Source of the DNA: Takakia lepidozioides
Lineage: Eukaryota; Plantae; Bryophyta
NCBI GenBank assembly: GCA_030704615.1
Contig: CM060732.1
Location: 10,478,001 to 10,542,000, forward strand
Length of the DNA: 64,000 nt
Direction of reading: 5' to 3'
The position numbers and the translations under genes were made by a program. The notes under the pieces were generated by a model. That model did no database searches, had not been told where the DNA came from, and worked only from the letters and a program-made list of their open reading frames with translations. Of this stretch, positions 38,401-51,515 are shown in pieces (the stretch's first letter is position 1; each line of letters begins with the position of its first letter).

Positions 38401-41400
38401 CACCAAACACCTTTCCTCCGATGTGTTGCAGCCTCTGTGGCATACTTTTTCAAGATTTCTTCCAGTCTTTTCTCATAGTTGTCCCTCTTCAACCTTTCCT
38501 TCTTCTTGCTCTTCCTCCTGAGCTCTTGCTCTTCTTCCTCATCTAACTCATCTTCGGAGTCCTCATCTTCCCTTTTATCTCTCCTGAGCATTCCCAATTG
38601 CTCAATTCTGTTGGCTGTTTCAAATGCCTCCTCCACTGTATTATGAGGTAACATATCCACTTTCTTTTGTAATTTAGGTCTTAGTCCACTCACAAACCAA
38701 GTCTTCTGTAATCCTGGTGCTGGTACAGCAGCCAGCTTTTTCATCATCAACTCCATCTTTTCCAAATACTCTTCAACAGTTTCATGCTTCTTTTGCCTTA
38801 ACTGTTGTAAACTCCCATACACTTCATCCTCAGTTTTGCTTGTCCTGAACCTGATTCGGAATGCTGTACTAAGGCCATTCCAGGTTAGGAAATGATTATT
38901 AGGAAACCTTGCATACCATTCACTTGCTTTCTTGACAAGTGAACAAGGAAACAGTCTCATCTTGGCATCATCGCCATTCTCATTGTTCACAATACACATG
39001 TGCTCAAATTGGCTGATGTGTACATCAGGATCCCCTTTTCTTGCATATATTGGAAAAGGTGGCTTTGCCCATGTTGGAGGTACCGCCATCTGTGGTCCTA
39101 CACCCTGCCCTCTGACAGGTGCTGGTCCTCCTGTTGGTGTTGGTCCTTGAGGACCTGCTGTTGTAGTGGTGGAACTCCCACCAGGTGTTGGCCCTTGAGC
39201 ACTCCCTGCTACTGGCCCCTCTATACTTGCAGTATCCCCAGCTCCAGTTGCACTACTTCCCACACTCCTTGTCCCCCCAGAGCCAGATCCAAGTTGCCCG
39301 CCTGATCCCCCTGAGCCGACACCTTTGTTGGCCTGTGATCTAAGTGCTCCACTTGATCCAGGTCCAACAGGTTGGGATGTCCTGGTTGTAGTCTCAACCT
39401 CAACTGTTGGGTCTACTTCTTCATACTCTTCATCTTCCAAATTCTTCTCTCTATTTTCATCTTCCAAGTTCCTTCTCTTGGATTTCTTCTTCCTCACTCA
39501 TATAACTCAACTGAAGTGGTGTTAGAGAGTCTGAACTCTCTGTTGGCTCTGCCACATCATCCTCTCCTTCTTTGTCTTGTGCTTCAGAAACTGGAGTTCC
39601 TGCTTTTGGTGTTCCATGCCAACTCTGATCAAAGATTTCTGTCAAATCTTTAATCCAGGGATGTACCTTAGATCTTTCCCCTCGTGGCTGATCTTCTTCC
39701 TATACCAAATCCCTTAATCTTTCTTGTAAAGAATAAGAAGGAGTGGCATCCAACTCTGGTTCTTCCGGTATGGGTGATGTACTCTCTGGTCTTAATGGTG
39801 TGAGAGGTCCAGATGATTCTCCTATGTCTATTCTTCTCTCCCTGAGATATAGATAATTAGCTTTCAAATAACTTTCTCTTTTTGCTGAATATTTGTGGAG
39901 TCTAGCTTCTCTTTCATTACTCATGTCCCATGTCTTTCATATCTTTAATGAGGCAATAACCAAATCTCTCTTCTGTAATATCTCTCGTATATGCCTAGAT
40001 TTCTTTCAAGCTTTAATGCACCCTTGGCTATACTAGAAGGCTCCGTTACCATATAACCATATGGCAGGCACGTCTGAAAAGCTATTCTTGGTGTAAGTTT
40101 GATCCACAGGATATCCTTAGGAATCCAATTCTTTACCAGTACAAGTTCTTCATGCATGTGAGTGTAAACATTCACTTTCCGTTCCTCCCAGCTTTCAAAC
40201 TCTATTCGTTTAATGGATAGCAATGTTATCACATAAACCAGTGTTGGTAACCAACTTGCTCTCCCTCTACAGGCCACTTGATAAATCTTTATCACTCATT
40301 TCTCTAGACCCCACTCTGGATCAGCATCATGCACTCTCTTAAGAATGTTTTCTTTGCAACCGTCTGGCAATTCCAAGAACCTCTGAAAGATTTGTTTGGA
40401 CAATCTTTCTTTCTCAGTTCCACAAAGAATTTGATTCACATCAAATTCTTTAACTCTCCATCCACCATGATCCCACCATATGCCTGTCACATCTGGTTGT
40501 TCCTGACTCAGTTCCCCAGTATGGTCGCCAAATGTCGAGTGGCTTTTACCCACCCATCCCTTCACTATCCGAGGTGGGAACTCTAAGATAGAAGAGTTGG
40601 AAATCTCTAAGCACTCAGCCCACTCAGAACAATCAGTCATGACCTACAGCTAGTGTATCATGGGGGTGCTTCCTATTTGTATTCCCTCTCGCATTCATGT
40701 TAGCAAATTACCTTACTGTTTATAATTAAGTATCAGATTGCTTCAGCAATCTACCAGGCTCCATCCACTCATCCATTCATTCCACAGCTTCATTCAGGTC
40801 TCTCTACACAGTGTGAGTAGGAAATATGTATCAGATTAATATCTATCAAGTATCAGGCCGAAGCCATGGTGTCTCTAATCTGCTCTACAGTGCATCTCTA
40901 TAACTTGCATGAATCAAGCATCATCTTGTCGTATGTGTAATCTCCATCCTTGTGCTCCAAGATCGTGCTCTCCGCTTGATCTCCTCCCCTGATGTCCAAG
41001 TCGTGATCCCAAGAAGTGCCCTCCGAGAAATGTCCCCCTCCCTGTTGCTACTCTGCCTATTCTACCTGCAAGCTGTTCTAACCGCCTAACTAACTAACTG
41101 TCATTCAAGACAGAATGCACGCTCCCTGTGCAGATGTTGTTCCCACACAGTCGTTCCCTGTCAATAATAATCGTTCCCTGTGAATGTTGTGATGGGTTGT
41201 GCCAAGCTGTGTCGGGCTGTGACTATGCCGAGCTGTGACTGGCTGTGTCGGACTGTGTCGGGCTGTGTCGGGCTGTGACTGACTGTGTGAGGCCGTGTCA
41301 GACTGTGTTAGGTTGTATTAGGCTGTGTCTGACTGTGGTAGGTTGTGGTAGGTTGTGTAAGGCTGTGACTGACTGTGTTAGGCTGTGACAGGCTGTGACA

Positions 41401-41642
41401 GGCTGTGTCAAGCTGTGTCTAACTGTGTAAGACTGTGACAAGCTGTGTCAGGCTGTGTCAGGCTGTGTAAGCCTGTGTAAGCCTGTGACTGACTGTGTGA
41501 GCTTGCCTACCACCCCTAAGGACTGTGTCTGTCACCCCTAAGGGCTCTGTTGGTCTGAGCCTACCATCTGTAAGTCTGCGCAAAATTAAGGGTACCCCAC
41601 AGAACTCGTAAAACTGTCTAAGTCCCAGACAGCCCTCTAACA
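35454..41642 (-). mobile_element. Non-chromoviral Ty3/gypsy element (5' LTR region, extra upstream ORF, gag, PR, RT, RNase H), cut by A2
   Basis: Starts TGTTAGAGG at 41642 on the minus strand. Gag 38262-39497 with two CCHC knuckles, protease LIDGGSGVN, RT (WLSPIVIVPKK, FLDDFSVY), RNase H (HCDASG..TEREALAMIY). Confidence 0.92.
41195..41500. repeat. 10-bp-period minisatellite (GGCTGTGTCA-like) in the LTR region
   Basis: About 30 degenerate units. Its reverse complement resembles 22270-22380. Confidence 0.85.
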
Positions 41643-41835
41643 AAGCCCTGCAACTATTTGTACAGAAGCAACAGGAGGCTTGAAACCGAACGTCATCACT
41701 TTACATCTGTTATCTCTGTATGTAGCCTTGTGGGCCTAGTGGATGAGGGCCGTCAGTGCTTTAATTCCATGAATGAAGATCATGGCCGTACTCCTACAGT
41801 GGAGCATTTTGGCTGCATGGTAGACCTTGGTCATG
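41643..41835 (+). pseudogene. PPR C-terminal (L2/S2-like) fragment
   Basis: ALQLF..GLKPNVITFTSVISVCSLVGLVDEGRQCFNSMNEDHGRTPTVEHFGCMVDL. Confidence 0.85.
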
Positions 41836-41859
41836 TGTCATATCAAACTGTCCGCCTTT

Positions 41860-43660
41860 AATGAAGATGTTGATTAGTCAAAACACCCCTGTGGCTACTG
41901 CAAGTAAGCCTGTTGACTCCGCTAACAAAATGCACAAGCAACCATACCCTGAATTTAACTTGGGTGAAGAGAGGCAATCCCTTGATGAAACAATGTTTCA
42001 GGATGGCCGAACGTTCAGAAGGATCATCAACGGCCTTACATACTGCTGTGCATAGATCAGTGTAGTATTTCCACGAACTGTCACCAGGGACGAAGGTTAG
42101 CTCAGGAACAATATAAGCTATTGGCTTGGCTTCACGAAACAACTTACCTGCCAACTCTCTAGCTTTATCCCAAGTCAGCTCACTTTTGCCCTTAATGCTA
42201 GACTCAAAGATTTTGCGAGCCTCACCTTTCAAACAGACACGAAAAGTTCTAACAATGAAGCGGTGGGGAATTGAGTTGATCTCTCTGCTGATGTCAAAAA
42301 ACTCCAAGCAGAAAATGTGTTTTTGCATAAACAACACTATCATCATGAAGACGAAATGGTGGGTCTTTTGGAAGAAAGACTTAGGTTAAAAGCTGCAAAG
42401 GCAGGCATGACCCTTACCTCCCCTACCAAGGCCACACAATTATTGGCTAATAGCAGTGGTACTAACGATACTGATGTGCATTCTGGGGCTAAGTCCAACA
42501 CAGATGAACTTCTGCCTACCCTTGTACAAGAGCTGCACCAATTTCGTAATGATGTGCAAGACCAGCTCTTAGCAATGAAGAGTGAGGTTACTTGGCGCAC
42601 CTCAGAAGCTGGTCCTTCAGAACAACCCAGACAGGAAGATGCCAACCCTAGCTATCACAACAGAACTCAAACCGGGTCAAGATATGTGAATGAGGCTTCA
42701 CTCCCTGCTTGTATGATCTACAAATCTAAAGAGCACTACACCCGTTTTTGTCCATATATGTCTCAGCTACCAGCTCTCATTGAGCAGTTGGACCAAGAAA
42801 AGAAAGGTTTAAACGAAAAAGGTTGTCTATGAGGGTGTCAGGCAATCATCTTCCGAGCCCTAAATCCATGGTGAGTGCAGTGCTTTCTCAAGACTTCAAA
42901 CTGTTGCATTGTGAGGCTCTTCGAAAAGTCAGTTTAAAGCTACGTGTTCACCCTTTAATGACACAATGTCAAGTCGGGCATCTTTCTTTTTCCTGCATTA
43001 TTGATACTAGCTATACGATATCAGCTATTCCTCTCAATGTAGTTCGTATTTTAGGTCTCAAGCTGCAATCTGCCAAGGGTTTAGAGGTCACCATTGCCGA
43101 TGGAACTGCTTATGAACCAATTGGTTTGGTTACTTTGCCCATTAGGGTCAGTGGAAAAAGCATAGTAGTGACTTGCATTGACACTCTTGGGGAACAGTTT
43201 CTGCTGGGTCTTGATTGGATGAAGGGGGCTGAAGCAAGTATTGACATCTTAGGCAATGTTATGTGGCTTCACAATGGTGAGGCATCCCATACAAGGTCAG
43301 CCTTGCACCCATTACCCTTGCTGCTGGTACTTCCATGGGTAATTTTGCTAAGCTAAAATTGCAACTGAGGCCATGCGTGAACAGGTGGGATCATCCTACA
43401 ATTGGTCCAGTTTCAGTCAATTTAAAACTGTTATGAACTGCTTACACCAGTGGCAATTCCCACCCCCGGGTAAGAAATGAAGTCCTCCTTTGCACGTCCC
43501 TAAGAATTTGTTGCTGTTGCGGTCTCCCCTTGATTTCATGATACCTGCTTTTTCCCAACGTCTTGTACCCACAGGGTTGGCATTTATATGTCCCCAATGT
43601 TCATTTCTTGAGGTAGAGGGGTGGCGCAAACTCACCCTGCAGAAACACTACCTGGTTGCA
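41860..43660 (+). mobile_element. Ty3/gypsy element, left part (gag, protease, first half of a dUTPase-like domain)
   Basis: Gag with an inverted segment at about 41960-42345, knuckle remnant CMIYKSKEHYTRFC, protease IIDTSYTISAI..LLGLDWM, then LRSPLDFMIPAFSQRLVPTGLAF. Confidence 0.78.
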
Positions 43661-45280
43661 ACAGTGACGTAACGACGTGAGCGTAGCGTGTGGGCGTACG
43701 CTTACGCCATGTATGCGTTAACCCGTACACACGCCACATCAGCGTGAGCCCGTACCCTCGCCACGTTACCTTGGGCCCACGTAGCAAGTTACAGAAGAAA
43801 TGATGCCTATACCCCGCGAGGGGCCTATAACCGCGGACACCCTCCACACATATTCCAACACCTACCACATCTAAGCTGGACCCCATATGCCCCACCTAAA
43901 ATTAAAACCCAGACCTGACCAGTGTTTTCTTGGTATGGCATCTGGACATGCATATCCGGCGGTTATTTGCCGGTTATGCACATATGCAAAACCGAAAAGT
44001 GCAGCCCCCGCAGGAACCGGCTATGGAAGGGAACGGAAAAAGCCATTGAGCTTCTTAACCGGCTAGAGAACCGGCATCGTGATTGTACGAGTGTTATACC
44101 CGAAGCAAGATCCGGAGCAAATGTGGATGGCGTAGAGGCGGTTCTAGATAATACAGGTGTAGGGGTTGGTGATGGTAGTTAAGAACATTTCAGATGGACA
44201 GATCTTCAGTGGAATGTTATGGCCTACTAGTAACTACAATGGTTGGGAGCACAACATTGAGAATATCCAATAGATAAGAAATTTGGGCTTTGGCTAAAAC
44301 AATAGTTGCAAGTTGTAAGCTTAATGTATCGCAGGGGCAGAGCCTTCAGCCTGAAAGCATAGAGATAGATGACATGCCAATACACGTTTGAACTTTGAAC
44401 CCCAAACCCACAGGCCAATACATGAATGGCTTACCGCCAGGCCACAGCCCTCTTGTGTAGCTTTACACACATACACAAAAATGCTAGAAAAAATACAAAA
44501 AATAAAAATGGACGAATCCCATAACTGGTACGAGGTTTGCTATTTCATGAGCATGAGCGGCATGAGCAGAGTAGTAACACAATCGGTTTTCATGAGCAGA
44601 AGTACAAATTTCGAAAATAAAAAACAATAAAAAACAATAATTTAATGCAATGTGTCAGGAAAAACAAATATATTATTCGGCCCCTTGAAGGGAAAATTGC
44701 ACTTTTGACAGTTGTGCTCATGATATTTCGTCTTCCGCTCATGCCAATTCCCAGCGACATGTGCAAATATGGCGCCGAATTTCGCGGTAATAGGGTCCGT
44801 AACCTGAAAAAACGGCGACGTATTTCGCGGCAATAGGTCTCTCTGGCGAAAAATGCTGCCGAATTCCGCGGCTATAGGTCCCCTCATGACAGGTAATTCG
44901 GCGCCATTTTTCCAGTGCATGTTCGGACTTAGCCAATTTTCGGCGCAAAATAGGGAAATTCGGCGCCATTTTTCCAGACACTGTACCAGTGCATGTTGGG
45001 ACTTAGCCAGTTTTCGGCCCAAAAAAGAGAAATTCGGCGCCATTTTTCCAGACACGGTACCAGTGCATGTTGGGACTTAGCCAGTTTTCGGCCCCAAAAA
45101 GAGAAATTCGGCGCCATTTTCCCAGAAATGGCCCCACAACTGCTTCTGTTGGATCTCAGTTTGAATGGAATATTGCCTCATTCCAGGAGTTTTGGGGTGC
45201 ATTTCATTACACTGCAAAAAAAAATCTGATACAGCAAAATGCATTTGAAAATATCCATATGGAGGATTCCCTTTGCCCCA

Positions 45281-48200
45281 TCAATGATTTCTGGAATCCC
45301 TAAGGAGGAGTTTGTGCAGCTCGTTCACGCTCAACGCCGGTGCATGAATAAAGTCATCAATAGTCACGTTCATCCTCAACCTCTTCAGGTAAATGTAATA
45401 CAGATGCTTGCACGGATAATACTTCGAACCCTTCTTTGCTTCCATCAACGAGAAGTCCGTACAGTTGCAAGTCGGCTCCACTCCAATCGTAATTGTGTAT
45501 ACATCGTCGCGTACAGCCGAGCCGGCCGTTGCCATCCGATACACACGCCCAAGGCCGGGTGGGGTACGTCCACGGAGCTCTGAATAGTGCAAGCCATCCC
45601 AAGAGCATTGGCAATCCGAGTCTCATTCAACTTGTTGGGAGGGTGTCGTCTCTTCACTCTTCCGAATCGCATTGTGGGATGTGCAGAATTGTCCAATCCG
45701 TCTCTACTGGACCGAGCAGTCTGCAATGGCTGGGTCTGAGGAGGAGGAAATGCGTGGGCCGGGATGTCTGTGCGTTGCACCATTCGAAATCCTGCAGATA
45801 GAGCATCCGCCTCATTCTGAGAGAGGCTGCAACCCGGTGCAACAGGCCAGACGCCCGGAGGCTCCGGCATTCCCTGAATCCCGTACTTGGGCTTGCCAAA
45901 TACACAGGTCATTATGTCGTGCCTACAGAACCAAAATGTCTGCGTTGTGGCGTGAGCAAATGTGGGAGTCAAAAATCTGCCGCTGAAACAAGGTGCAGGT
46001 ACAGCACCGTGTGGGTTCCTCCGAATCATCTCACCACAGCGTGCTCTCGTATCCACCCGGATGGCGCAGCACTTCCCTCGAAATGCCGGCAATGTCCTCG
46101 CAATTCTCCACTGTGACTCCGACACTCTTGTCTCCACATGGGAATGCTTTACTACAGATGGCTCGTTATGTTGCCGGGGCACGCGCCCTGTGCTCAAAGG
46201 AGATGGCGATCTTGAACGTGCAGGACTTCGGTGCTCGACGAGACCTCCTCGGACAACATCACCGGACCACGAGGGAGCGTGCGAATATTCTTGTCAGCTC
46301 GCCATGAATCCTCTTCTCCGCCAGGTGCCTCGTCAAGTCTTCGTCTCACTGGACGGGTATGAACATCTCCTTCCAAATGTTGGCCTCTTCGCAGCAATGG
46401 CGTGTCCCGAAGGCCCTCTCGCAAGGCCGCCGCCCACTTCCGAGGATTCTTCGATCTGGAGGCAGTCCGCATCAGCATTTCCTGCCTGTCCGGCCCCAAG
46501 CCCCACTGTTTCCCTTTCAAGAACTCGTTGTACCTGCATTGCTGCATAATTGACCTCACAAATGTCCTCCGTTGTGGCAGTGAGGATGTCCACCAGATGC
46601 AGAGGAGGCACGCCAGGAAGAGTGCACTGATTCGGCCATGTTTGTCGTGGGCATGTCGGTGTCGGAGTCGAGACACATTTCCTGCACAAGCACATGTTCA
46701 GGTTACAAGCAAGTTACAAATATGGCCAAGAATAATATCCAACGGGACGCGAATTCGTGCAACTCACCTCCCGCATATAGTCGCCGAACTGGAGGAAACG
46801 ATAATGCCACCATGCTAGCCAACTGACCATTGCTCCTTCGTCTGATTTCCTTACAGCACCTGACGATGTCCACCAAGCCCGTATGCATGCAAACTGTGTC
46901 TCTGCATCATCCAAGGTGGGAGCGCGCTTCCACGCAAGGCACATGGAACGGTGCTCCTCTCTGAAATCTGGCGCCACGAGCCTGGTTGTGTACTGCGAAA
47001 GGCTCTGCAGAAAATGGAACCCAAAGATCTCTCCTTGCCTTCCATGGGAACATTGGGGTCTTGCCCGTACACCCTTCGGATGGCAGCCCAATTTGCTTGT
47101 GCGTTGTCCGCCATGAAACCACGGAAATTGGGAGGGGGCAATCCCGCCTTGGCCATCTGTTCGTTTATTCCCTGCCAAAGAAGCATCTCCGATTGTGTGT
47201 CCTCTCCTTTCATCTCACAAATAGCAATTGTCATTAGCATCCTGCAGTGGGTGTCGTAGACATGTGCACCCATTGTCACCCACTGGTGATTTGTAATTCG
47301 CTTGATATGGTCGAACATGACCCAACTGTTTGACAAGTTCCCACTCGTCATCCTGTCGACCAGTTCGACGCCACTGCCAGGTCCACACGTGGACATTTTG
47401 AATACGAAACAACGATCTGCCTCAGTCCCTTGTCCTGGAAACCTACTTCCATGAATGTAGTCATATCCACATCGTCGCTTCACCTCCAGAATGGAGTGCA
47501 TATCCGAGCCACGCCCAATTTTCTGTTTGCATGAGACAATGTGGTTTCGGACATTCGGTGAACATACGTGGGACACCGACTCCAGCAATGCCTCCATTTC
47601 CTTCTCGTCGAGAGGAACTCTATCGGAGCCGTCTTCCGACATAATTCTGGCCAATGCCATCTTATGGGCGGCTTGGAGCTGTATCTGTTTGGGTTTGGCA
47701 CCCGGTCTCAACTTAACCTCCTCCTGAACGAGCTGCTCTGCTTCGTGGGCAGCCTCCGCGAGTTCCCCCTCGCCAATTTGTGACAATGGGAACCAACGTG
47801 TATGCAAGCTCGGGTGAGGTCAGGGAAACGGTGCAACACATAGAACTGCTTGGCATTACAAACAGACATGCAGTGTGTGGTTCTTTGCAATGCGCACACT
47901 TAAATGTGGAGTTCGGAACCTTCTCCTGAGCTCGAAATGGTTGGTGAGCTGTGCCTGTCCAATCGGTCTCGTTCCTGTGACCTCTGGATTTAAAGTGGAA
48001 GCAAGTTGGGGAGAAACACCGCAACGCGCCCGCACAAACAACGTAGCGCACCCGCACACCATCAGCATCTTCATGCTGGTGGTTTTGGTAACGCACCAAG
48101 GATGACCGTCATGTTTTCTATCCATATCTGTCAACATTCCGGACGCCCTCGAGTAGTCCGCCCGAGGAGGGAACTCAAAGAAGATATTACCGTCGACGTC

Positions 48201-48848
48201 GGCGGGAAGGCATGTAACCGATTTAATTGCGAACTTGCTGTAGTCCAGCCCGGCCAGCTCCGACCGGTGTCCCTCCAGGTGAAGCCCTCGCAGAATTTCA
48301 GAATAGATCGAACTGCGGTGCTCGTGCTGGGAATATGACTCCCTCCTCCACTGACGTCCATTGAGGACTTGCCTGATCTCCAGGACGACCTCGGAACTTC
48401 CATGACCTCGTCTGAGTCGGACAGGTTGTGAACAACCCGGTTCTCGGTCGTCTTCATGGATGGGTTCGGCTCTGGATTTACTTCGTTGCGGACTTCTCTT
48501 TTTGAGGTACCCACTCTCTGATTCGCGGATTGTTTCGTGGAAGGCGCCAGGATAGACGGTGCATTTGGCGGGCAAATGAAGTCCCCAACAGCCCTGTATA
48601 TGACGCTGTCCGATGGTGGAACTCGCCATTCCCTGCCATCGCCGAAATCATCGTGGAGCACAACAATACTCTCGACAACAAGGCCGTTTGAGTCCTTCCT
48701 TTCCTCCTCCAAAAAAACCGACCCCGGTTTCAGGTGGTATCGAACGCACAGATATTTCTCCATCACCCGGCAGGTGTCCCCTCTGCACGGAAATGAAGCT
48801 CTATGCTCGTGAGGAGGGCAGTACTGTAGCGCTCGGGTTTTCCGCCAT
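45281..48848 (-). pseudogene. B1 MULE-type transposase with frameshifts
   Basis: WVMFDH, GFMADNAQANW, GFHFLQSL, GT-AG intron at 46767-46682, MPTTNMAES, and SWIM CNCTDFSLMEAKKGSKYYPCKH. Confidence 0.85.
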
Positions 48849-49139
48849 GGGAGATGTGCACACAAGACTGCCAGGATGGCGTGCGGGGAAGCTCCCTGGT
48901 AGAAGGGGGTGCAGCGATGGGAATGAATGCGATGCCGATTTGTCCGAGCGACGAAGCCTGATCCAAATCCAGGGAGCCAACTATCTCAAAAAAATCCACA
49001 GTCAGAGTGTTAATGAACCTTGTCTCCGGAATGCGGCCCCTGTCTTTGCGCAATAACTGCCAACGGTATGCAGTCAGAAAGTGGGGGGCCGTCCGGATGA
49101 TGACGGCTGAAGGGGAGAAGCCGGCACGTGCCGTCACAT

Positions 49140-50630
49140 TACTACCCCGAATGGAAATTCGGCACCAATATCCAACAGAGGAAGCCCGGATGAAGTCGCC
49201 TCGGGCGCAGAGGCCGGAGTGTGTGCGACAGAGAACATCCCCTGGATGGAGATTCGGCGCCGAATTTCCATCCGGGCCCCCCAAAGGGAGTCGTGTCGGG
49301 GGGTCAGGCCGAAAACTGGACGGCATAAAAACATCCCCAGATGGAAAAACGGCGCCGAATTTCCATCCGGGGCGGTTCGGATGCAGTCGGGGAGGGGGAG
49401 TGGCCTGCACTTGGCCGTCACATTTCAACCCCCGGACGGAAATTCGGCACCGAATATCGAACAGGGGACGCCCGGATGAAGTCGCCTCGGGCGCAGAGGC
49501 CGGCGAGTGTGCGACAGAGAACATCCCCTGGATGGAGATTCGGCGCCGAATTTCCATCCGGGCCCCCCAAGGAAGTCTTGTCGGGGGGTCAGACCGAAAA
49601 CTGGCCGACATAAAAACCTCCAGATGGGAAAACGGCGCCGAATTTCAATTCGGGGCCGTTCCAATGCAGTCGGGGAGAAGGGAGAGGTCGGCACCTGGCC
49701 GTCATATTTCAACCCCGGGACGGAAATTCGGCACCGAATATCCAACAGAGCGGCGGAGAGGCGGCACCTCTCCGACAGAGACCATCCCCGGATGGAAATT
49801 CGGCGCCGAATTTCCATCCAGCAGGTAAGTGGAATCCCGGATGGATGGAGATTCGGCGCCGCCTCAGAAAACCCCGGCGGAATTTCCAAGGGCGGCGCCG
49901 AATTTCGCCTTCAAGCCGAATGGAAATTCGGCGCCCATCCAGCCCCCAGCCCGCAGCCCCGTGCCGAATTCGGCGCGAATGCAGGTAAATATGCGGCGCC
50001 CCATTTGTATTTCTTTACAGGGGAGCCAGGTAATTCTGAAAATTACCACGAAGGTAATTCTCATCTGGGAAGCATAATTCCAGAAATACCCAATATTTTT
50101 AATGGAAAGCCGGCCTGGGCCGGCGCCGAATGGGGCGGATGGAAATTCGGCGCCGAGGATTCCACTTACCTGCTGGATGGAAATTCGGCGCCGGGTTCGA
50201 ATTACCTGCCGGCTACCTGCGCGGATGGAAATTCGCCGGATTTCCATCCGAATTACCTGCGTGAGGGAAATTTGCGCCGCGCGGATGGAAATTCGGCGCC
50301 GGATTTCCATCCGAATTACCCGACAAGCCAATGGAAATTCATTTCCATCCCGCTTCCGAATTACCTGCGTGAGGGAAATTTTGCCCGCCCCAATTACAGG
50401 GAAATTTTAATGGAAATTCGGCGCCGGATTTCCATCCGCCGCTTCCGAATTACCTGCGTGAGGGAAATTTCCGCCGCCCTGGATGGAAATTCGGCGCCGG
50501 ATTCCATCCTGCTGCGCTCCGAATTACCTGCAGGATGGAAATCCGGCGCCGGAATTCCATCGTGCAGCGCTCCGAATTACCTCTACGTTGGAAATTCCGG
50601 GACTGTTTACGTCGATTTTCATCCGACATG
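49140..50630. repeat. Central B-type palindrome array of B1
   Basis: Perfect 30-bp palindrome GGATGGAAATTCGGCGCCGAATTTCCATCC at 49790-49819 plus many variants. Confidence 0.9.
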
Positions 50631-51515
50631 GAGGGCTTCATCCGACATTTAATTGCGCAGTTGGGCAATAAATGTCGACGGCCGTCGGTTATTATTCGGG
50701 CTGGCGACGCATGGCTTCCTGGACACGTACCCTAAATCTCATGCTAAACTTGGCTTAACATGGTATTCCAGGCATGTACCCCAAAAAAGGAGATCTTTTT
50801 GCTGGGACTTATGCCGCCTGAAGGGCGTGGCTCTCCTGAGAGAGACCTCACATCCAGACCGCGGCGGAAGTTGAAAGCTCTGTACTACGGACGACGGCCA
50901 ATCTCTCGCATGGCCAAACTGAAGCTCCAGCAGGAGATTCCAGTGTCTTGCTCACAACCTGCGCAACTGAAGCCGAGTACTCTCAGGCAAGCCACTTCTG
51001 CTTTCGGTTTGTTCGATTTATTTTTTTGCTTTCGCTTTGTTTTCGCTTTGTTTTTGCATCTTCATCCTGGCTTTGCTGTATGAGTGAACTTTAGATAGTT
51101 GAGTGAACCTTAGATTGTTTGCAATGCGTGTGCAAATCCGGCAGCTCTGGAGAAGGCTGCTTGTGCATGTCATTCTTAGGCAATGGTTGCATTTGTTTTC
51201 ATTGTTGTTGCATGGCTCTCCATACTTCCTAAACTTGTTATGTTTTCATTTTTGCTACATGATTGTTGCTATGGTGGTTGCGCTGCTCGTTGCGATGCTG
51301 CTTTTTGCACCGATGTTGGTTTTCACGATTTTTGTCAATGACAGAGTGACGACGAGCCCGGCACGCTGGTGGTATCATCGACAGCTCCAACTCATCGCAT
51401 GTTTGAATCGCCCAACTTGGGGCGAGAGGGCAAACTTAAACCTTTTGTTGGTGGACGGGAGGACTTGCAACGAGATTACGACAGAGTAGGCATTGGGGAG
51501 GTTGGTGCAGGCGGC

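Noticed and set aside
49860-50600. Distinct scrambled repeat subtype in B1
   Set aside because: It looks like an indel-rich version of B2 20300-21100 and may be a poor consensus over hairpin DNA. Some single-base frameshifts in B1 could also be sequencing errors.
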